A DNA stretch of 64,000 nt from positions 22,134,001 to 22,198,000 of the forward strand of contig NW_024704749.1 in assembly GCF_018977255.1 (NCBI RefSeq). The letters run 5' to 3'. Under the pieces are notes generated by a model. That model worked only from the letters and a program-made list of their open reading frames with translations. It was not told where the DNA came from and searched no databases. Made by a program: the position numbers and the translations under genes. Positions 13,440 to 25,610 of this stretch are shown piece after piece (position 1 is the stretch's first letter; every line of letters begins with the position of its first letter). Source of the stretch: Callorhinchus milii. Lineage: Eukaryota.

Positions 13440-14460
13440 TATGAAATTGGGAGATGGTTTTTCACCCAAAGGGGAGTGGAAATCTGGAACTCTCTGCCCC
13501 AAAAGTGATGCATTTGGGGAGGAAGAATGAGGAGAGGCAATATAAGATGATGGTACAGTCTTAAAGGAGTGAAGGAACAGAGAGACCTGGGGGTTCATGT
13601 AAGTAAATCTTTGAAGGTGGCAGGACAGGTAGATAACACTGTTAAAAAGCATACATGATACTAGGCTTTATAAATAGGGGCGTAGAATACAAAAGTCAGG
13701 AAGTTATGATGGGCCTTTATATAAAGTACTGGTTAGGCCTCAGCTATAGACTGTGTTCAGTTCTGGGAACCACACTTTAGGAAGGCATTGGAGAGGGTGC
13801 AAAAGAGATTTACCGGATGGTACCAGGAATGAGGGACTTCAGTTATGAGGAGAGGCGAGAGAAGCGAGGATTATTCTCCTTGGAGCAGAGAAGGTTAAGA
13901 GGAGACTCAATAGAAATTTTCAAAATTATGAGGGGATTCGATAGGGTGAACAAGGAGAAACTATTTCCACTGGTGGGTGGGTCGGTAACCCGAGGACACT
14001 GATTTAAAATAGTTGTTAAAAGAAACAGAGGGGAGGTGAGGAGACATTTTTTTACACAACGAGTTGTTCGGATCTGGGATGCATTGCCTGAAAGGCTGGT
14101 GGCAGTCGATTAAATAACAGCTTTAAAGAGAGAAGTAGATCATTATTTGGGGAGGACAAGTTTGCAGGGCTGTGGGGAGAGAGCGGGGGAGTGGCTCTTT
14201 TTCAAAGAGCCAGCACAGACACGATGGACCGAATGGCCTCCTTCTGTGCTGTATAATTCTGTAATTCTATGAAAAGGCTGTGGATGCTGGATCCATTCAC
14301 ATCTTCAAGACTGAGGTGGATAGATATTTGTTGGGTCAGAGTATAAGGAATATGGGGCAAAGGCGAGTAATTGGACTTGCGGTACAGATCAGGCATGATC
14401 TTATAGAATGGCAGAACCGGCTCAACGGGCTGAATGGCCTATTCCTGTTTCTATGACCCT
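13440..14460 (+). mobile_element. CR1 LINE 3' region (ORF2 C-terminus and 3'UTR) plus a second CR1 3' fragment
   Basis: ORF 13817 peptide MVPGMRDFSYEER...LFSLEQRRLRGD..IEIFKIMRGFDRV...TRGH is typical of CR1; terminal ataattctgtaattctatg at ~14255-14270; second tail ends ~14457. Confidence 0.88.
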
Positions 14461-16453
14461 GACTGGCTGCATTAGGGTCAGCCTTCCCAGCGAGACCCAT
14501 TGTGGTGCCAAACCTGAACAACAGCTGAATTTCCCCCCAGCCATCACAGTAGATTGTTACCAAAGCAGTGTTCTTTCAATAGCATGGAGATCCATTACAA
14601 TGAGGTTAGGATATGATTTTCCATATCTAATAAAATAATGGTGCGGACTCGATAGCTCAAATGGCCTGCTTCTGTTCCTAACTACTATGAGGAGATGTAA
14701 CGCTGGCACATGCCTGTCTTGCTCATAACCATCTGATGATGGGCACTGGCTGCCCGAGAATGCAAGGTCATTCTCTCAGTATCACAGCCAACTGCCGTTC
14801 ACTCGACTGAATAGCCATCGTAAGTCACTTAGTGCCTCTGGCATCTGAGTTATGGGACTTTCTCACTCATGAAAGAGCATAATCATCATCGGTCAAACAT
14901 CATCTGCTGTATTGAAACACCTAATAAAACACTGTATTTTACACATAATCTGCTCTGCCATCAAAGGAAGGACACAGAGTGAAGAGAACAAAATATTAAG
15001 AACTCATATACACCGTGGTGCTCCTGCACATCTGTAGGCTTTAAAGCCCTCTCCGGGCATACCTTGGAGCTACCAGGCTCCATCGCTTGTTCTCCCCTCT
15101 TTCCTCCTGTGGTGGGGGTCTCGATTGGTAGCCTTTACGAATCACAATACAGAATTGGAAGAGGAATTCCCATGTTACTTACCTGCTGAAGGCCTGGCAG
15201 ATCAAGCACATCTGGCTTTTAATAGCAAGAAACCCAGAGGCTGCTGAGGAGTGGAGGAGGTGTGTGCAGGTTAATGGCTGATGATTGTGGTGTCAGTTCG
15301 ATGTCCCAGCTTTAAGTCGGTGGTTATGTATATTCAGTGTTATTAATCACTCGGAGCACTGTGTGAAAGTCACAGCACTGGTTAGTTGAGTAATGATGAG
15401 GAGTGACGGTCACTCATTGTTTGAACATGTGTCACAGCCTGGCATTCATCATTCGCTCTTTAATCCCGCGCCTTTGGGACATCTTCCAGACGTAAAAGGC
15501 GCCTTACAAATGTAGTTTTGTTGTTGCTGTTGTTCTAATCTAGGTCATGTTTGCTGAGCTCTCACCTTTTCATGGTGGGGTCGGTTATTAACCCTTTGAA
15601 GCCTGGAATTTGGAATTAACCCATTCACCGCCAGGAGGTGAATTAATCATTTCGCGACAGAAATCAGGGAGTCATCCCTTAATAGCTGGTCAGGAATTAA
15701 CCCTTTTCATAAGGGATTAATCGTTTTGTTCAAACTGGCAATTACCCTTTTAAGCCTTAAAGGTCTGATTAACCCTTACGCTGCCAGGATTGGGAAAGCT
15801 TTGACTCGGCACTGCTGGTGATTTTCAGGCTGTTTTGGCTACGTCCTGCCATTGAAAGCGATTGATGTTCAGGACATTGCAGTGGCTACGTGAAGCAGAA
15901 GCGTGTGCCAGTGGTTCACATTTGCAGTGTATCAATGTGATTTTCAGGCATTTGAAATGGTTTTCTTATTGATTAGAGTCTGAGGATAAATAATAATAAT
16001 AATAAAGTACTGATTGTAGAGCTGAGGGAGCAGCGGTTTATTGCTGAGCACAGTCACAGTCTGGAAGCATGAGTTACCTGGGATTTGATCCAGACCAGTT
16101 TTACTGAAAATCTATCGTACAAAATCAATAGCACAGAGGCCCCACTATATTTGGGTAGCGTTTTCCAGGGATTAGACCAATGGCGGCGAAGGCGAGTCAC
16201 ACATCCGGCTTGAATGGAAAGATGCGATGATGCGCAGTTGGCTGTTGCGCTAAAGATGACAGATTGGAAATATTCAAATATCGTCAAATGCAGGATAGCT
16301 TTGCTTTCCCAAACCGCTTTCCCGCCTTTGTGCGGTTTTAGCTAAGGCTTCAAGTTTCATTTGAAGATCCCTCCAAGATTGTTATTAAATGTTTGGTTAG
16401 CCGTTGTCACCTATTAGGAAGTGGTTTGCTGGTATCCTGCGTTGAGTTCCGTT

Positions 16454-17168
16454 AACAACAACAACAACGCTATTTATATAGCGCCCTCCACGCCAGACGG
16501 CGTCTCAGAGCGCTTTACAGTAACGGATCCCGGGACCGAGCCGGGGGAGGGGGAGAAGGTGACCAAAAGCGCAGTTGAAAAGAAAGGTCTTCAGCCGAGA
16601 CCTGAAAATGAAGGGAGGGAGCGAGACGAAGGGAGTGAGGAAGATAGTTCCAGAGCCTCGGGGCATAGTGGCTGAAGGCACGGCCGCTAAGGGTGGAGCG
16701 GAGGACTCGGGGGATGAAGGGGAGGCCAGGCCCGGAGGAACAAAGGCAACGGGTGCTGTTTTGGGGAGAGAGGAGGTCAGAGAGGTCGGGGGGTGCAGAG
16801 GAGTGCAGGGACTTGAATACAAGGGTGAGGATCTTGAAGTCGATCCTCTCTGGGATAGGTAGTCAGTGCAGTCTGGCCAGGACTGGGGTAATCGCGGAGC
16901 GGAGTTTCGTGCGGGTGAGAATGCGGGCGGCAGAGTTTTGAATGATTTGGATGGTAGTGGATGGGAGACCGGCGAGGAGGGCGTTAGAGCAGTCCAGCCG
17001 AGAGGTGACAAAGGCATAGACCAGGGTTTCAGAGACTTTTTGGGGAGAGGTATTGGCGGAGACGGGTGATGCGTCGGAGGTGGAAGAAAACAGCGCTGGT
17101 TAGGGACCGGATGTGGGGGAAGAAGGATAATTGTGGGTCGAACCTGACGCCTGGGTTGCGTACGGGTT
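16454..17168 (-). mobile_element. L2 LINE 3' end (subfamily A), 5'-truncated
   Basis: Highly similar to 11408-11885 and extends further into the RT C-terminus; (gtt)n tail. Confidence 0.88.
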
Positions 17169-17309
17169 CGGAGAGTTACTTGTGTTTTGATGTATCGCCC
17201 AGTGAATTAAATTCAAGATCCTCACAAGTGGAGCTTGTATTTGGAGAAGCCCTGTGGAACACTGCCCTGCATGAGAGGCGCTATATAAATGCTAGTTATT
17301 GTTGTTGTT

Positions 17310-17535
17310 ATAATAATAATAATAATAATCCTTGCATTTGATATAGTGCCTTATCATGTCTTCGATACGTTTCACAGAATACACTGTAAAGTGAATTGAC
17401 TATATTTTGTGGGCGAAATGCGGCAGGCAGCCAATTGCGCACGGCAGTATCTCACACACAGTCGTGGATTGATTGACTAAATTATTATTTATAGATTTTT
17501 TTTAAGCGATCTGCCAATTGACTAACAACTGGGTT
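17310..17535 (-). mobile_element. DeuSINE partial
   Basis: Reverse core and tail, abutting a + strand L2-type tail (17250-17308). Confidence 0.8.
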
Positions 17536-18350
17536 GTTGTTATTTTAATATTAATACTTTCTGCGTGTGCCTCCTCCACTTGCGTATCCAGTGGAATAAC
17601 GTGAAGCTGGAGATTGTGAAATTGAAACCACTGATATTAATCTCTCATAAAAAAATCAAGTTTAAAACTTGCAAACATTGCAGTATGAATTCAGGGCGTC
17701 TCAGGCACAGCCTCGGATTATCGGCTGTAACCTCCGAGTGTGATGGTATATCACTAATACAACATGCCTGTGGTGAGCATGGTGTGTTTGATGTCGCCTC
17801 CCCTATGTTTGTGTTATACATTAAAGGGTTAGACTGTAAATCAGATCGCATTCCAGGGAAAGGCGATTAGATCTGTCACAAATTATTTATTTTTCGAGCG
17901 TTTTCTTTATTCTTCAGGGATTTCGAACTGGTCCGGTTTCCTTTCCAGGCAAAAAAACAGGAAAGATTCAGGACAGGCAAAAGCAACACATTCTGGTAAC
18001 TGAGCAAATGCTAGTGTTTGCACAGACTAGCACCGCCTGCAAGTCTGCGGAGCAGCCAATTAGAACCGGGTGCACTGGGTTGTCAGCTGAATGCTTTCCT
18101 TCTTCTCCTGCGTTCTTCGCTGTCCATGTATGGGAGCTGGAGCAGAGAGACCTGTTAGTTTTCCTTCTTGGCTGCTCCACGCTTATCATTCCTGATTGGA
18201 AGCCATGAGCTCTCACAGGCAGAGTTGTGCTTTTGGAGATTATCGTTTAGCCTCCAGACAGAAGCTCTCGCCTGGTGCTGCTGTTTATGTGAGTACAGTA
18301 CAACCAACCACTTTTGCTTTCAGGACAGTATCGCAGTAATTTTAAAACTA

Positions 18351-18655
18351 GTCCCTTGGCGTAGTGGTTAGTGCGCTCACCTCGCAAGCGAGAGGACCCT
18401 GGTTTGATTTCTGGGCAACTTTCCTTAATCCACACGCGGATTGCTTTCTGGTGGTAATAATCCCTTTTTAAAAAAATTTGGTCACTCAATCCATGACTGT
18501 TTGCGGGACGCTGCTGTGCGCAATTGGCTGCCGTGTTTTGTCCACAAAATGCTCAGTCAACTCACTTTAAAGTGAGGGCAAAATGCCCACAAAATGTGAA
18601 TTGTTTTGAGACGTCTCAACAACGTGATAAGGATTATTAATATTTTTTATTATTA
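18351..18655 (+). mobile_element. DeuSINE with internal deletions
   Basis: tRNA head (gtagtggttagtgcgctcacctcgcaagcgagaggaccctggtttgatt), core and degraded tail. Confidence 0.8.
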
Positions 18656-19141
18656 TTCTTATTTTAAACATTTGCTCTTCGAGTGTGTTGTGTGTGTCCT
18701 CAAGATCACTTGCGCACACCCTGCTGTTGTTGGGTGTACACCTTATAAATCAATATTGGGAGTGTTACTGGGAGTTGATGAAATTTGTCATTGTGTACAA
18801 ATAGGATCTTTCAATTTCTAACCATGGGTTGCAAAACCTGCTTGTTAAAGTGATTGTTTTCTGATTTAGAATAATGACTTCAGGATAGAAGTTCAGAGTT
18901 GATTTTCTGTCAACGAGAAACCTTTTTCAGCTTTGTCCTGTGCATTTCTACCCCTCTGTGTGTGGAGGAAGCAGCGGTAAAGCCCTTTCCCCATTTCCTT
19001 GTGCGTTTTCTTTATCTGGTGCATTTTGTGTCTGGTAACCTTCTACACAGGATTGAACTTTAACCAACAGAGACAAATTGAAAATGTGCATTTGTCTTGA
19101 TCAGCCAGGTATCTTACAATGGTGGAAACCGCTATCGTACT

Positions 19142-19335
19142 TAATAATAATAATAATCCTTGCATTTAATGCAGCGCCTTATCACGTCTTTGAGATGTCT
19201 CAAAGCGCTTCACAGAATATACTGTAAAGTGAATTGACTGTATATTTTCTGGGCGAAACTCAGCAGCCAATTGCACCTTGCAGTCTCCCACAAACAGTCG
19301 TGGATTGAGTAACCACATTATTATTATTTTTTAAG
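19142..19335 (-). mobile_element. DeuSINE 3' half
   Basis: Reverse core and tail. Confidence 0.82.
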
Positions 19336-20102
19336 CGGTCTCCAAACCAAACTACTGAGAGTTCCATATAAATATGGTTTCCGTTTGTCCAACAAGGAGT
19401 GTGCACCCTTTCCCCAGAGGAACACATCCTGTTTGCCTAATCCCAGACAGTTTATGTGCAGGTTATCAAGTGCCCAGATTTGGGAACCTCAGAGTGTGTG
19501 TGGTGGGTTATGAGCTAAAACCACCCCATTAATCACCAGCAAGCGTCCTGTGGCTTGCAGGGTTATTGGGAGGCAAGTTGGAAGAATCCCTGCCCAATGT
19601 TGCTCTGTTCCTCCTGCTGATTAGCCAGGCTCAGAGGACTGTAGACACACCTTGCTACCGAGACGCCACAGAGAATCAATTTGATTGCTACCTTCCATTG
19701 CTAAATGCAATTTGTTGTTGAGCATTGAGTCTGTGCTATAAGCCAACGTGAAACTTGAACCGCAACCTCTGACCCAGAAGGAAGAGTGCTAACAAACTGA
19801 GCCGAGCTGACAAAGTAGCAGCCTCACTTAGGCAGTAACCTTTTTGATGGCATTATTATTTTTGAAAAATGACTGGGATTTCGTTTTTCAAAAAGGTCAG
19901 ATTGGATGTAAATGAGGTAGTTGCAGAGACGATGACAGGTCTGGTGCAGAAAGAGCAAATCAGCTATTCTTCTATTTGAAGCGTGACACATAACAGATTT
20001 TCTCTTTTTTTAAACACTTTTTTTTTTAAAAAAAACTTTTTTTTTATATCACCCCACTGGCTTCCACTACCCCCAGTACATTGATTTTTCAGTCCCTTTG
20101 TC

Positions 20103-20300
20103 GAGCCCTGTGGTTTAGTGGTCAGCGCATTTGCCTCGCAAATGAGAGGATCCAGGTTCGATTCCCAGGCTGGGTGAAACCTTAGGCAAGTTTCCTTACT
20201 GCGCACGCCTCTGTTTACCCAGCAATTAGTAGAAACCCGGTTGTTAGTCGATTGGCAGATCGTTTTTCCGAGGGTAATAATTATTAGGTAATAATCCTTC
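20103..20300 (+). mobile_element. DeuSINE 5' half (tRNA head)
   Basis: gagccctgtggtttagtggtcagcgc...ggttcgattccc (intact B box); truncated before the core. Confidence 0.8.
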
Positions 20301-20939
20301 AATAATCCCACCAGCTCTATTCTTACCACCAAAACCCTTTGCTCTTCTATATCATTTCTACTGCTCAATCCTCACTCCCTCCACCCCACCATCAGTGGCC
20401 AAGCCTTTAGCCTCTATGACCCTGCTCTTTCACCCAAATCCATCAACTCCTCACCTTACCTTCAAAACCCTCTCTCTTTGGCCAAGTCTTTGGTCAAGAT
20501 CCTTAAAAGTCTCCTTCTTTCCTTCTGTTTATTGCTCCCTGTGAAGAGTTATATCAGGATTAATCTTGTAGAGACGTGGGACTCTACAGTACGATTATTG
20601 CTGTTATTTTCATGCTTGGCACTATGTTGTACAAGAGTGTGATTGGTACCACTCTTGTACCAGTTACTGCCAATTATAAGGCATTAAAACCCACTGGCTG
20701 CCCACTCCCGTTGACTGAAACTCTTAATTCATTTGAGGTTTTTTTTGTGGGTGGAAAAATGCTACCCTTCAATTGTAGCGGATGATCATTGCCCATTAAC
20801 AGCATTAATCTTGCTCAACAAGACGACCTCACTAATCAAATTAATGTTTGGGTGAGAAAAGCGTAATGAAAGTGGGCAAGTATTGCAGCTGTTTAACCAG
20901 CGCTGCCACAGTCAGCAAGTGTTCTCCTCGCTACAAACA

Positions 20940-21183
20940 ATAATAATAAATTGGTCACTAAATCCATGACTGTTTGTGGGCAATTGGCTGCCGTGTTTTG
21001 CCCACAAAATATACAGTCAATTCACTTTACAGTGTGTTCTGTGAAGCGCTTTGGGACATCCTCCCGACGTGAAAAGCGCTATATCAAATGCAAGGATTAT
21101 TATTATTACTATTCTGTGAAGCGCTTTGAGACATCTCGAAGACATGATAAGGCCCTATATCAAATGTAAGGATTATTATTATT
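20940..21183 (+). mobile_element. DeuSINE 3' half with tandemly duplicated, chimeric tail
   Basis: First tail has the L2-type loop (gggacatcctcccgacgtg); second tail has the SINE-type loop (gagacatctcgaagacatg). Confidence 0.82.
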
Positions 21184-21879
21184 AAAATTGCTCCAGATTT
21201 GAGAGCCACAGTGCAGGACTAATGCAATTACGAACCGAGAGATGAGCTGTCTTCATTTCTCAGTCAAATCGTTTCACAAGTGCCACAAGGTCTCTGGGAT
21301 TTGGTTTGACAGTAATGCTCGTGATCAAGGTCACATGGTTTTGGCAGTGAGGCCATGTCTGTAGAGCTCGCTGCGCCTGAGTAATGACACAAGGCTAGAA
21401 GGCTGCGTGTTCCTTGCCTGTGTGGATCGCAGTTCACACAGAGAGCTGGAAATGACGCACGGCTCATCGTGTTTTGCTTGAAAAAGAGGAGCATCAAAGT
21501 GTTCTGGGTCACTATCCTGCATGAGGGACACTATATAAATGCAAGTTGTTGTTGTTGTTTGCTTGGAACAAGCAGGAGAGTGGGTTTTACACTCAGTGAC
21601 TCATGTGGAGAAAAACACCAGCGCATACTTGATGGAAAAAATGGCCTGATTCCGACTTGTGGCAATTTGGCTGAGATTAACTAACTCAAACCACAATAGG
21701 GATCAGTACCTCAACAAAGCTACGGGACAGGAGTAAAACTGGATTGGAGGTTTGTAAACTGGATCGTACAATAAGGAATTAACCGTTACATTTCGTCTCA
21801 TCTAATAAGTTGCTGTGCAGAAACCAGCCTGTGTTTTTCAGCATTCCTGACCCCCTCTCTTTCTGTGTTTTTCTTACAG

Positions 21880-22033
21880 ATCACATCTAATGCCGAGGTT
21901 GAAAGAATCACGTTCTCACGAGTCTTTGCTCAGTCCCAGTAGTGCTGTGGAGGCACTAGATCTCAGCATGGAGGAACAGGTCATGATCAAACCTGTGCAC
22001 AGCAGCATCTTGGGGCAGGATTATTGTTTTGAG
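21880..22033 (+). CDS. DAB2IP: DAB2IP coding exon (PH domain part; [51 protein letters not shown])
   Basis: Pyrimidine tract + ttacag acceptor, gag|gtaagt donor; 154 nt (1+153). Peptide nearly identical to recalled vertebrate DAB2IP. Upstream exons not found in 1-21879. Confidence 0.96.
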
Positions 22034-22091
22034 GTAAGTCGAGAGGCACTGGACACAAAGCTGTCTGCAGGAAAGTCTGGGTTTGAAATCT

Positions 22092-22198
22092 GCCCAAAGA
22101 ATATACAGTCAATTCACTTTAGAGTATATTCTGTGAAGTGTTTTGGGATGTCTTGAAGACGTGATAAGGCGCTATATCAAATGCAAGAATTATTATTA
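22092..22198 (+). mobile_element. DeuSINE tail fragment just downstream of an exon donor
   Basis: atatacagtcaattcacttt...gcaagaattattatt. Confidence 0.75.
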
Positions 22199-23817
22199 TC
22201 ATCTCTTCCAGCTCTATTTGTACCACCAAAACCCTTCGCCCTTCCATATCTGTGTTTATTATTGTTATTATTATTATTATCTCACCTGGTCTTTGCCCTG
22301 TAAGTCCATTTTTTCTTAAAATATAAAATGGCACAGAATTATGGCAAATTCTTCAATTCCAGCTCAACTTCCAAACTGCAAAAAATAGTGCAGATGCTGG
22401 AAATCATCTTAAAAAGAAACAGGTCTTAGATCAGCTTAATCACGTTCAAGATGTTGCTGCCAGCTACCAGCAGTTCAGATCTCATTATCTACACAAGATA
22501 GAAATGTGTGACACATCTTTCCGTACTGTGCTTGCACCGAGCTGCTGACATGTACAAATATTCTAGATCCAACATTGCTTTGTTAGGCTCCACTGTCATT
22601 TTGTATTGGTAGGGTTTTGTATATTTATTTGGCAGCACATAGAACAAACACATTCAGGATTTATCATGTAGCTAAACTGATACGGCTACACTGAACCTGT
22701 TGTGTTGAATAGAGGTGATCTTCCACCCTCCAGTGGTAGCTGTCATTTCACCAGTTTGAAAGATTCACGGCTCCAGTTCATATTGTTTGGATGGTGAAAG
22801 AAAGCCCCAGAATTCTGTCACTCGAGATTCAGGCATCTCCTTGTCTGGATCTTAAACGTAGCTTTAAAATCGTCTTGGAACAGTGCCCACCTGCGCTGTG
22901 CCATCGAGTGTCCTCTTGCATGGCTGAGCTCTCATCCCTCTGCTTCACGCATGTGAAGTCCGCATTTTACAGCAGCTAAACTGACATTCAGCCTCACTGA
23001 ATAAAGTACATTACCATGGATGATTAGCCACTAATTGCTGCTAACTCCTGAATCCCTGTTGTTGTAGTTGTTATTGGCGCTGTGCAGAGATGTTTACCAT
23101 ATTCAGCCTTGTGAGCGCAAGGGGTTAAAGTACCTTTTGTACCCAACTGAACACGTCAGAGGCCAATAGATTCTCTGAGGACTGGAGGTTGTGGCTCTCA
23201 GGCTGTAGCTTTTGCAACCAATGTCATCTGTGAAGGCCGCTATCTAAATGCAAATTGGTGTTGTTCAACTGGGTTGGCGTCAGCCTGTGTGTGTATAACC
23301 AAGCGGGATAGAGTGGAGTAAACAAGCGGAGGGGAGCGATGACCTGTACAGCCCGACTGTAATCTGAGTATTTTTCAACAAGTACCATGTTACTTTTTTT
23401 TCTTACAGTTTCATGTGCCTGCGCTCCAATCTTCCTTTTTGAACCATCATTAGTCTTCAAGTAATTGCCCCTGGTAATTCCGGGTGATTATATCCTTAGA
23501 TCTCTGCAGTAGAGATTAACATGTGGATAAATTTGGCTTTTGGAAGGTCTGTGTTTAACAAGTCTTTTTTTTGTAATGTGGTGAGAAGCTAGAGCTAAAG
23601 CTTGTGTTGCATTAGTCACCAAGGTTGATAAACCGGTGAGGCTGCCTGCCACAGTTGGTAGCATTCTCACCTCTCAGTTGGAAGGTCATAGTTTAAGCCG
23701 CATGTCTTTGGGTCTTTGAACTGTTGTGTTTGTCCCGACAAAAGACACGGTCGCTACACTTTATAATAAACTCTGTGAAGCACTTTGAGACTTACTCCTG
23801 ACATGTAAGGCACTATG

Positions 23818-24175
23818 TGGAGTCCTGTAGCTCAGTGGTTAGAGCACTCGCTTTGCAAGCGAGAGACTTGAGTTCAATTCTCGGCAGAGGGCGAAACCTT
23901 GGGCAAGTTTCCCTACTCCACACGAATAATAATAATCCCTCCAAAAACCAAAAAACCAAAAACAATAATAAATTGGTCATTTTCAATCTGTGACTGTTTG
24001 TGGGACATTGCTGTGCGCAATTGGCTGCCGCGTTCGCCCACAAATATACAGTCAATTCACTTTACAGTGTGTTCTGTGAAGCAGTGTGTTCTGTGAAGGA
24101 TGTCCTCCCGACGTGAAAAGCGCTATATCAAATGCAAAGATTATTATTATTATATCAAATGCAAGGATTATTATG
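23818..24175 (+). mobile_element. DeuSINE, full length, with L2-type tail loop and terminal slippage duplication
   Basis: tggagtcctgtagctcagtggttagagc head; tail ggatgtcctcccgacgtgaaaagcgc; repeated tatcaaatgcaa.gattatt. Confidence 0.85.
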
Positions 24176-24662
24176 ATGAAGAATACAACAACGACAAACT
24201 ACATTTGTATAGCGCCTTTCATGTTAAGAGGGCGTCCCTGGCTGAGATTTGAAAGGGTGTCGGAGGTCCTTGGAAACAAATGGGTACAAATAGGAAATGG
24301 GTCAATGTATTTTGGTTTCAACACAGTGAGGATGCTGGGAGGAGGGTGAGTGGATATGATGTGATGAAACTTGGCAGGAACAAGAGAGGGAAGTTCAGAC
24401 CAACAATAAACTAGAGAAAAACAGGAAAGAGTGCTTCAGAGAGTGAGAGGATGTGCACAAAAGGTGAGGAGGGAAGGATCAGAATACGTTTTTTTGAACA
24501 TTCTATGAAGTTATTTTGATGCACTACAGCATCGGAGAATCTGTTCCTCCAATGGTAAGAGAGAAAATCAGTTATTTATTGGAAGCCATTAACAGAAGGG
24601 AAATTGGCTGCAACATCATATTGAGAAGCTTTCTCTTGTATTAACAAGTTTTTTTTTATAAT

Positions 24663-25610
24663 GTGATGAGAATCTCTCTATCTCTCTGCCTCCACCCTCG
24701 ACTCCAGGACCACTGCTGTCCTGACAGACTGCCTGTCAGACATCAAGTTCTGGATGAGAGCTAACTTTCTACAGTTGAACATCAGCAAGACCGAGGCTCT
24801 CCTGACTGACTCCCATCAGCACCTCCTCACCTTAGGCACTGGCAGCATCAGCATCCACGGATGCACAACCCACCTTACTAAGCCAGTCAGGAACCTTGGG
24901 ATCTTGTTTGACCCTCAACTGCCTTTCTCCCCCACATCCGTGCCATGACCTGCTCTGCCTTCCCCCACCTCCACAACACTGCCGACTCTGCCACTGCCTC
25001 ATCCCTCAGGCCGTCGAAACCCCCGTACATGCCTTCATTACATCCAGGCTCGACTATGCCAACTCCCTGCTTGTCGGCCTCCCCAACTCTTCCCTCCACA
25101 ATCTGCAGATCATCCAGAACTCTGCAGCTCGTGTCATCTCCCGCACCAGGCTCCATGACACCATCACCCCCACCCTCGTCCGGCTCCACTGGCTTCCCAT
25201 CCCTCAGGGGATCGAGTTCAAAATCCTCGTCCTCACCTTCAAGGCCCTCCACGCCTTACCCTCTCCGACCTGCTAACTCCTTATAAACCTGTCCGCTCTC
25301 TCCACTCAGCAGGCTCCGACCTGCTCCATGTTCCCCGCCATGCCCGCCCCACTGTCAGAGGTCGAGCCTTCAGCCTCTCTGCCCCAACCCTCTGGAACTC
25401 CATCCCACATTCCTTCGCTTCGCTCCCTCCTTTGCCTCCTTTAAAGCACGCCTCAAGACACTCCTCTTCGACCACACCTTCGGCCACCCTCTTTGCCTTC
25501 CACCCTCCCTGATCCCAATCCCACCCTCCAAATCGGCTCCTAATCCCTTACTGTTCAGCGTCTTGGGACATCCTCCCGACGTGAAAGGCGCTTTACAAAT
25601 GTAATTCTGT
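24663..25610 (+). mobile_element. L2 LINE 3' ~0.95 kb (subfamily B), frameshifted RT C-terminus
   Basis: Peptides WMRANFLQLNISKTEALL, VRNLGILFD, VHAFITSRLDYANSLLVGLP...LQIIQNSAARVI...HWLPIPQGIEFKILVL are L2 RT C-terminal motifs; tail gggacatcctcccgacgtgaaaggcgct. Confidence 0.9.

Noticed and set aside
22375-22420. gtgcagatgctggaaatc, resembling the outer end of the palindromic Penelope-like element
   Set aside because: Too short and degenerate; no ribozyme core or second arm found.
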